The position numbers and the translations under genes were made by a program. The notes under the pieces were generated by a model, which saw nothing but the letters and a program-made list of their open reading frames with translations, was not told the origin of the DNA and did no database searches. Shown here one piece after another: positions 54,312 to 64,000 of a stretch of 64,000 nucleotides of DNA. The DNA comes from the human T2T-CHM13v2.0 reference genome, Homo sapiens: NCBI RefSeq assembly GCF_009914755.1, contig NC_060926.1; one strand, 5' to 3'. Position 1 is the stretch's first letter; each line of letters opens with the position of its first letter.

Positions 54312-56223
54312 AGTAAGAGATGCTTTTAAAAAAGAACCAGATACTTTAAAGTGTTACATTAAATGCAAACTCTTCATCTATTTCAAATGAGTATTTTTGG
54401 AGTGTGGAATAGAGTTGTTCACAGTTTTCACTTCTGGTTTCTCATTCTCGATTATGCAAAAATGAACTCACAGAGACGAATTCAATTATGTATTTTGAAA
54501 AGTATTTACTTAGTTTAAATAAATTAATTGCAAATAAAAATTAAGCTACAATATATAGCCTGAATAAAAATGACTAGAACAAATACAACACAGGACTTGC
54601 TTTCTTGCATTAGTCACAAAGCATGTGACAATCTAGAAAACTTCAAAATCAATTACATTTCTTTGAAAAAGGGGTAACAGCAGTTACTGATACATCACAA
54701 CTAATAAACTTATAATACAAGTTTCCTGACATGCATTTCCTGAGTGAACCCAAATGATCATTTTTTAAAACAAGGAAGTTTCGACAGTTGAAGTAAAATA
54801 AAATAATTCATGGCTTCTAAGCAACAAGTTTTGTTTTTTAAAAACCAAAAGAAAATTCAGAACAGTTTTGTAATAGGATAAATTAAAGGTATGCTACCAC
54901 ATATAAAACTTTGCTACAGTCAGTTAAGTATTATACAACTTTTCAAACTAAAGGAAAACAAATCAAAATATTAAAAGAAGATACTGTCTAATCTAAAAGT
55001 GTACTGGTTTCTACAAGTGTCAAAAAAAGATTTGATGTAGTGCAACTGTCTATACTTGTGGTGCCTTTGAAAAAAGGGTGGGAAGGAGGGGAGAGAAGAA
55101 ACTTTTCTTGCTTCTGGAAGCAAAAGACATATTGGAATTAGAGAATAAACAGACCATGCAGTGCGTCACTCCACGCTGCAGTCATTGGTGCTCATCTGCC
55201 AACCAAACATTTCCTTAAGTCTCACTGTGGCAATCTCCTTAGGATTCAAACCCAGAGTTAAGGCTGGTCTGCTAAAAACGGGGGCACTATTGTCATTCAA
55301 CCCTTTAGATCTCTAGATTTCCTAATGCCCGAATAAGGCCAAATACAGAATAATTAATTAAGCATTTCTTTTTCCAAAAGCAAATCAAGTCACTCTCCTT
55401 TCTTGCTAATTTATACTTTTTCTTATGGCAATGATTTTTTTCTAGAAACAGTGAACAGATGAACCACAGTTTATATCCAAAAAATAAACTTGCCAAATGC
55501 TGCTGATACTAAAAACAGATTAGTTATCATGGGAGAAAAATAGATAATCTAGATTAAATTGCATATCCAAAGGAGCATATAAAATGTTTCTTAGCATTAA
55601 GTTTTTGTTATAGTACTACGCTCGAGAGAAACATTAAGAAAAAATCTTTCCTGATTATCTTCAATGTTGTTAAAAACAAACACCTTTCACGCGGGTAATT
55701 AGTATGAATTTGGTCTTACAAATTACAAAGTATTCTAATTTACCAAATTCCATATTTAGATTGGGGTGGGGAGAGAGGCTCTCTCGTCCTTCTTCCTAAC
55801 TTTGCAAATCCTTGAGCTAGGTTGCTCACTAAGCTACCATTCACACCAAGGGTGTGACACCATCGTTACCATGCTACTCTATCAAGAACATTCTAAGGTA
55901 TTTTCTATAATAAAGATAAATAGAAAAAAGTTAATATACATGTCGCTGTATTTTACAATGTTTGCAACAAACTGTAAACTAACATAGTTTGAACCAACAG
56001 TACCCTCAGTTATACAAAACAATTTCAGCACTGAGGATAGGTGATTCAAAAACACTAAAAGGAAGGCATCAAATTAGACTATGTCTTTTTCTCCTCAAAA
56101 TATATTTTCAAAACTCAGAATTCAGAAGACTGATACTTTCAGAAATTCCTTTGCTTGAGTTTCCCAGATTTTTGCTCAGAAATTGCTACTATTTATTATA
56201 AATGTTTTAAAAAATTCTTCATC

Positions 56224-56230
56224 TTAATGC
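56224..56230 (-). promoter_or_regulatory. miR-155 7mer-A1 seed site (GCATTAA) in PELI1 3' UTR
   Basis: TTAATGC on + equals miR-155 nt 1-7. Confidence 0.6.
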
Positions 56231-56288
56231 AAATGACCAGAGCAGAAAAACTGTGACGTGGACAACAGGTTCGAAAACCCAACTCACT

Positions 56289-56296
56289 TAGCTTAT
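56289..56296 (-). promoter_or_regulatory. miR-21 8mer seed site (ATAAGCTA) in PELI1 3' UTR
   Basis: TAGCTTAT on + equals miR-21 nt 1-8; 35 nt past the stop. Confidence 0.7.
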
Positions 56297-56331
56297 AAAT
56301 TTATAATGTAGTCCTGCAAGACAATGGTCTG

Positions 56332-56898
56332 TTAGTCTAGAGGTCCTTGAAAAATAAGTCTGATGTAGCCTTGTTCACCAGCCAACTGATGTGCACAAAA
56401 GGGACAGGCTGCATGAAAAGTATGAGTACCATGAGGAAGTGGGATCTGGGACCAATAGGCAGTTGTCTTTTCTGAACACACATGCCCACACGGGCTAAAC
56501 GCATGGGTTGGAGGGCCGGCGTCCACATAAAATCCAGCTTCACATCCAAGCCACAGAGGAACATAGGGACCAACAGACCTACACATAGGACATTCACGAT
56601 CTTTTCCATCACGTTCTTCTTTGTTTCCCCAGTTATGATAGCCATGTACATGGCCGCAGTTTAGATATACCCATGGTTGTTTTTCATCTACAACGTCTTT
56701 CCTCTTCATACTAGGAAATGCTAGTGTGTTGAACCCTACAGGGCACTGAGGTCGTGCTGCATTGATTTCCTGTCTTAAAGCTTCTAAATGCTTCACGGTA
56801 GGAGTGTGGGAAAGGCCTTCTGCAGTACGCCATAACAATGTTGCACCACAGAGGTCAATTAACGAGCCATCTTGTAACTGATTGGTTTCAATTTCCAC
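56332..56898 (-). CDS. PELI1: Pellino-1 last coding exon (end of FHA core plus C-terminal RING-like CHC2CHC2 domain)
   Basis: Acceptor ctcttgtctcctctag|GTG; VEIETNQLQDGSLIDLCGATLLWR...CGHVHG...CPMC...CGHVC...CPFC...RLIFQGPLD, TAA at 56332-56334; matches the recalled Pellino-1 C-terminus. Confidence 0.98.
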   Translation of the reverse strand: MEIETNQLQDGSLIDLCGATLLWRTAEGLSHTPTVKHLEALRQEINAARPQCPVGFNTLAFPSMKRKDVVDEKQPWVYLNCGHVHGYHNWGNKEERDGKDRECPMCRSVGPYVPLWLGCEAGFYVDAGPPTHAFSPCGHVCSEKTTAYWSQIPLPHGTHTFHAACPFCAHQLAGEQGYIRLIFQGPLD

Positions 56899-57266
56899 CT
56901 AGAGGAGACAAGAGTTGAAAAACATATTCACCACTCTGTTTTGGATTTTTACATAAGTGTTTTGGTTTTAAGTACTCCTTACTCAAGAAATGAGGTTTCC
57001 TAGGATTTTCACTAAATATTCAAGAAACTGACAGTAGTTATGAAAAATGTTAAGTTTGAAAATCAAGGATAAAATATCAAACATTAACATATTTCTTTTT
57101 AGCCTTATGGTAAAGACAACTTATGATTAAAACATCTGGCTAATCAATAAGTCTAATATTTTTAATGAGGTAAATATGGTTTAAGATATACAGATGGCAA
57201 CAGAAAAGATCAGAGGGAGTGCTGTTTAGTTTAAGAAAGCTTAGGTTTTAAAATATATTAACATGA

Positions 57267-57684
<418 letters not shown>

Positions 57685-57754
57685 TAATGCATTCAGTTCT
57701 ACTCATCCTATGTGTTTATTGTAGCTAATTAAGAAAATACCATTCAGTATTTAC

Positions 57755-57943
57755 CATTTTTCCTCTCTGCTGAGCCGATCTGGTTTCACGTAGGCTAAAT
57801 ACATTTCCACACACCGATATTTCTCTCCATATTCCAGGCTTGGAGTCTTCTGTGAACCCATTGCGTGGATGCATCACAAGAACACCATTAGTGGTCAAGC
57901 CATCCATCTGTCCATCTGATGTCTTCCATTTGGCAGCCTTCTC
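57755..57943 (-). CDS. PELI1: Pellino-1 internal coding exon (189 nt)
   Basis: ctactag|GAG...ATG|gtaaat; EKAAKWKTSDGQMDGLTTNGVLVMHP...SAQQRGKM; phase 0/0, in frame with neighbours. Confidence 0.97.
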
Positions 57944-58042
57944 CTAGTAGAAATAATAGCAGTGAGCTTCCAACTTGTAACTTGTAACTTGGAATGAAAG
58001 CTAGTATAAAAGAAAGCATCATTTAGAAAAAAAGCTTTTTAC

Positions 58043-58240
58043 CCCAAGAAAGATGTTTTTTGATGAGTCAAATCCTGCAGCATAAATCCGTGCTGTAAAG
58101 GGAGGATTCCGTTCACATATGATTCTGCAGGCAAATCTTGATATAGTGCTTTGTACTGACTGTGTATCAGAATTACTTTGACTTCCAGGAACCGTGTCAG
58201 TTACTACAAAATCAATGGGGCTTTCAGTCGACCGGCCAAT
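58043..58240 (-). CDS. PELI1: Pellino-1 internal coding exon (198 nt; FHA GR motif)
   Basis: ttttccctcag|ATT...GGG|gtaaaa; IGRSTESPIDFVVTDTVPGS...STISRFACRIICERNPPFTARIYAAGFDSSKNIFLG; not in ORF track. Confidence 0.97.
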
Positions 58241-60793
58241 CTGAGGGAAAAAAAAAAATACCTATAAACCCATTCAAAGAGCACAGTGGAAAATCCATTC
58301 AAGAAGGGCACAATAAGGAGAGAACATTAGGTCTCTGAAATTTCTAAAGTTGAAGTTTACCATACTTAACGCTGGGGGCATCTATACTCTTGAAAACTAA
58401 TCAGTCAGACTGTCTCTGATGAAGTAATCACTTAGAGCATGGAATTAAATGAGAACTTACAATAATATACGAAACCCTTAGGGAATGAAGAATTCAGGAA
58501 CGGCTGAGATTTCTAGATGGCTGCAGATTTTAATTTTAACCCTTTTGGATGGAAATATGTGTATCATGTAGGTTTTTTCTCTTTAGAGATATTTAAAGAG
58601 ATATTCTACCTTATTTAACAGAATATAGTGAACATATATAAGTAAATCTTTTAGGATGACTGCAGAACATTACACTATAAATACCACTTACGTTAAGCTG
58701 AAATGCAGTGATGTCTTCAGGTGCTACAAGAGGTATACAAGGCTGCTGGTCCTTATGTCAAGGGCTTACACAGCCTTGCTTTGAGGTCTTATGTATACTT
58801 CATATATTTTCTTGTTTCTTTTCTGTCAGGTTGTCAGCTATCACTCCTTGTTTTTGGTCATGCTTGTTTCCAGCAACAAGCCCCTCTTTTAACTGGCTAC
58901 TCTTACTCTGTTATGGGTTGAGAAATCAAATAACCTATTTCAGAGAAAAGTATTTCAAAAGGTTCTGGTGAGAGCCTAAGGGATCCTCTAGGGAGAATAG
59001 AAAAGGAATTTCACTACATCAACTTTGTGGCATTTATTTTATATATATACTCTTCCTGGTTCTTAGGGATATTTCAGAGAGACAAGGTTCCCAGATAAGA
59101 GTTCTGGATGAGTGAGGTGTCAGAGATTTAAAAATATCTTCAGAGGTACTAGCTAGTAAATAAGTTAATTTCATTTTGAAAGTTGAAAGAAAAAAGGAAA
59201 TCAATGGGGAGATGACAAAAGTGACAAGTGTCACGGGGCTTTAAAGCAAACATTTGGAAATTATCAGTTCATGAATGTATTTGTTATAAAGTAGTACCAT
59301 AAAATTGAAGAATGTGGGTACTGAGAAAAAATACTGACCCTCTACAAAGATAAAGACTCTTAAAAGTCATTCTTTACATATTTTAGCCTCAAGTTCCTCA
59401 TATCGGCACACTTTCAGATAAACCTCTTTAGTGTTTTTGTCCAACTGTCAAGTATAAAGTCTTTTTATTTAGATTGGATAGTTTTAGAGGGAAACTAGTT
59501 AACAAATATAAGATTGGATATTCCTTTTCTTTATTCTTAAAAATAAAGATACCTTAAATGGCCTCAGATCTTTGAAACAAAAAATATTCCCCCAAATAAA
59601 AAGGCTCTTTAAAAGCTAAAAGATATAGGCCAAGGATTGAACTAATATTCAGAATCAACAGAAGTAGCACTTATTTGGAAAGAGACTGTTCCAGAGAGCT
59701 GACATTTCAACTGGGTCTTGGAAGAGAATATTTAAGACACTGAAGCAATATTTGTAATGACAATGAGAAGGAAGAAACTTAAGTATCTATAAAGAGAAAA
59801 AAACCACCATGAATGTGATCAGATGCCAAAATATGATTGTTAATAATTCTTCCCCTGCTATTATTAGCATTAAAAATACAGCTCTTTTGTTACTCTCCCT
59901 TACCCTCATGAGAAAACTCAATGGTTCCTTATAGCTTATCCAAAATTTGTAGTTTATTATTTCTGATAATAGTTAGAAACTGACTCAAGATTTGCCTCCC
60001 ATCTACCAATCCAGCCGAATTTCCTGCTATTTGTGTATACAAGCTACAACAGCTTATTCGTCAATCTTTCACCACACTGTGTACTACTTCTTTGCTTCTT
60101 TGCCATCTCTTTTGCTAGAATGCTTTTCTACCGGTTGCTGGCAAAAATCCTACTTAACCTGATAAAAAGATCTACATGAAAAGGCACCAGTGTAAAGTCT
60201 TTTCTCCATCCTTCTTCAACACAATCAATGTGCTTAAGATTTACAGGGTCAGTACAGCACCTAGGCATGTAATCAGCTTGTAATGTCTCCCTTATGTACT
60301 TCATAGTGACAAACAAGGCATAGAGTTGGAGTTGGAATATCTGATGACTTGAACAATAAATGTTCTTGTTCAGTTTACAGGGTAGACAATCCTAGAATGT
60401 TTCCAGTACAATTCCTCAAAGACTGGCTAGTTTATCAAGGTAGTTTCTGATACATCACAGTCTTTTTGATGCAGAAATGTTTGGATTTTCCAAAGGTATA
60501 ATACCTGTAGAAAGGGCATAATCAGTTTATGATACTGGGGAAAATTCTCTACTTTATGAAAAAGACAAAACCCAAACTGTTAAAACTTATTCAAGGGCCT
60601 TCATTAGATGGTGAAGACATTGTTTCAGAATTCAGGATGCCTGGTTTAATTTCAGTTTTGCCCCCAAGTAACTCTATCATCTTTAACTCACAAGATTTCA
60701 GTTAACCTCATCTACAAAAGATAAGCGGTAAACAAATAAATATAACGTACTTTCTGAAGCTAAAATTCTAGCCTGTGACCAAATATCTTGGAG

Positions 60794-60795
<2 letters not shown>

Positions 60796-60841
<46 letters not shown>

Positions 60842-60945
60842 TTATCTATATTTTATTAAAGAGACGAAGTCTCACTATGTTGCCCAGGCTGGCCTCAAGC
60901 TATCCTCCCACCTCAGCCCCCTGAGTAACTGAGACTACAGGCCTA
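60796..60945 (-). repeat. (CA)n microsatellite plus Alu fragment
   Basis: Directly visible. Confidence 0.85.
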
Positions 60946-62029
60946 GTAGCATCTTGATTTTAAAAAAAAGCTAAGCTCATTCATTTTCACTGCTTGTCAG
61001 TGAAACAAAATGTGAAAAATCATCCTAAAGCTTTGTGTTCGGTTTTTCTTGGATCTAAACATTAATCTTCCTTAAAGATCTTATTTATTTTTGGTAAAAG
61101 TGAGGAAAACATAATAAATGCCCACATTCTAATATTAACTAGAGAAAAGAAATTCAGTATCTCATCTCATTAAAAGGGTTGGGCAGAGGGAGTGGCTTCA
61201 AAGAAATATTTCACTATTGACTGAAATTAAATATATTTCCAGGTCTTTTCACTTTTATTTGCCTTGTAAAATAAAGAAAAATGGAAGTCAATGTGACAAT
61301 AATTATAAAAGCAACATTATCAGGCAATTTATGTTGTACTTAAGTTTGTTTTTAAAAAGCCTAAGCTTCAGAGAGCTCAATATTAAGGGAGAAGATCAAG
61401 GATTCTATTTACATCTTTGGAACTGACTGTCCTAAAATCTATCAGTTTATAAAATATCAGCACTGGATTGGTACAAAAAGTAAGAGAAAAATACTTTTAT
61501 TGCATGAGTAGCATTGACCAAATACATGCTGAGAAAAAGGTTTGATTTCACATAGATAATACAAATAGTTAGCAAGTGCCTGGATTGTTTATTGTCTAGA
61601 GAGGAAGGTGGGAGGTAGTGGTAGAAAAAGTCATAAATGTATGCAGAGTATTTACTGTTTTCTTTTTTGGATAATAGCTACTATTCACTAAGTGTTTTTA
61701 CTAAGTGCCTGGCACAGTGCTGAGTACTCTACATGTACTAGATCATTTAAGCCTCTTAACAGTCATAGGGGAGAGTCTATTATCTGCACTTTACAGAGGA
61801 GGAAACTGAGGCATATAATGGTTATGTAATATTTACCAGTAATTCTTATTCTGGAGCCCATCTCAACCATGCTAGATTGACTTCTATTTATAAGGGTTAG
61901 CAATCAATCTATATTTTAATAAAATACAATATAAAAATCTGATAATCCTCTGACCTCAGCAAAAGTCACCAACAATAGATTTTTAACTTTTTCGTTTCTT
62001 AAGAAAAAAAATTTAAGATGTTGTAATAC

Positions 62030-62131
62030 CTGAAACATATCGGTGTTGCTGTCATGAGTATATTCAACCACCACAGTCTGGGCCCGAGATAAAGTATATG
62101 ATATGCTATGCTGGTCTTTGTTGCTTATTGC
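62030..62131 (-). CDS. PELI1: Pellino-1 internal coding exon (102 nt)
   Basis: ttttcattcttag|GCA...CAG|gtatta; AISNKDQHSISYTLSRAQTVVVEYTHDSNTDMFQ; upstream exons lie beyond the window. Confidence 0.96.
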
Positions 62132-62359
62132 CTAAGAATGAAAAAGTTAATAGCAAAAATTAGTAGGCAGGTCAATCCAATCAGATAATCTTTTCATTAA
62201 AAAAAGGGAAAACTATTTATCAAATACATGACATATTTATACATTTTCCCCCTGAAATTTAGAGAGGTTAATAACTCCTGTCAGCTGTGACAGTAGTTTC
62301 TCGGGTTGAATGGGGTACTGAAGAATATTTAGAAGCAGTTACAGAATAAAAACATAACT

Positions 62360-62661
<302 letters not shown>

Positions 62662-63337
62662 CATAATTTTCTTTTATCAAACCACTAGACTCCCTTATTA
62701 AGTATTTTAAATTATAATCAAAACCAAATCCCACATAAAAACAGAAAACAATAGTACTGCTCTGATAAGAAAATCTTGCAAAATAAGAGGAATCTTATTT
62801 TTGAAGTCATTCAGAGAGCTATAAAGTTCACTCATAAGCCAAGTTAACTGGTTTTCTAACCATTTTGTGACTCTACAGATGACAAATGTTGGCCATATGC
62901 TGGGTGAGATACAGAAAAATGCATTTGGGATTTGGTCCCAGGAGATAAAAGAAAAAAATTTAAAAAAAAAAAACAAAAGAAACATTCATAGAATGATTAA
63001 ACATTACCAAAGGAAAGGGATGTAATGCTTATGACTGTACTTCTGATTTATCTCAAACTAAAAACATTGCTAAAAAGAACTTTTCAGTTTTGTTTTCAAG
63101 TGTTTTCTATGTATATGAGTTGAAGATAATATCAAAGGAGGGGAAAAATCTAGTCATCACACAAAGGAAGTAGAAATGGGCTGCATAAAACAGACACAAA
63201 GAAGAGAATAATTATATACAGCAAAGAAGCTAAATGAAAAAATCCTTCTTAATTAGAAGTTTGGCATCATAAGCTTTTACTTGGTTTCAATTTGCAACTA
63301 ATCTGTAATAGATAAAGCCTTAAAACAACAGCTTTAA

Positions 63338-63756
<419 letters not shown>

Positions 63757-64000
63757 TGCGTCTGATTTTTTTAAGGAATTAAACTACAGATACAATTGAG
63801 GCTGCCTACATGTCTCTCCCAGTTCCCTTTTCTCTACAGAGGTATCCAACCTCAAGAATGCAGTGTAGATCATTTACATGCATGTTTTACATATTTCTTT
63901 CTACACATTTAGGTATTCATATATACTATATAATTGTTTTACAAGTTTTAAACATATATATACATATATATATACACACGCACACACACATATACATATA

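Larger units (their letters stand above)
54285..56331 (-). other. PELI1: PELI1 3' UTR (~2 kb; 3' end approximate)
   Basis: AT-rich stretch with no recognisable repeats between the stop codon and the polyA signal; contains miRNA seed matches. Confidence 0.8.

Noticed and set aside
56337-56664. Alternative-frame and antisense ORFs over the PELI1 last exon
   Set aside because: Shadow frames of the real CDS with no independent support
57725-57754. ORF-track extension VNTEWYFLN after ...RGKM
   Set aside because: Read-through into the intron past the GT donor at 57753-57754

Overview
Primate (almost certainly human) genomic DNA, about half interspersed repeats. The right end holds the 3' half of PELI1 (Pellino-1 E3 ligase) on the minus strand: four GT-AG coding exons (62030-62131, 58043-58240, 57755-57943, 56332-56898; 351 residues plus stop) and a ~2 kb 3' UTR ending near an AATAAA at 54306-54311. 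The remaining ~54 kb is intergenic: >40 Alus, a compact SVA with a 17-bp TSD, old L1/L2/MIR and DNA transposons, MER4-group ERV1 remnants and an HERV-H provirus. The most unusual structure is a four-level nest (MLT1 > LTR8-like LTR > HERV-H > LTR7Y-like solo LTR). In it the provirus has lost its own 5' promoter and PBS, and a younger LTR has inserted in the opposite orientation, leaving two intact LTRs back to back. No new protein-coding system is supported; nearly all listed ORFs are repeat-derived. Subfamily names come from recalled consensus sequences and need Dfam/RepeatMasker confirmation.
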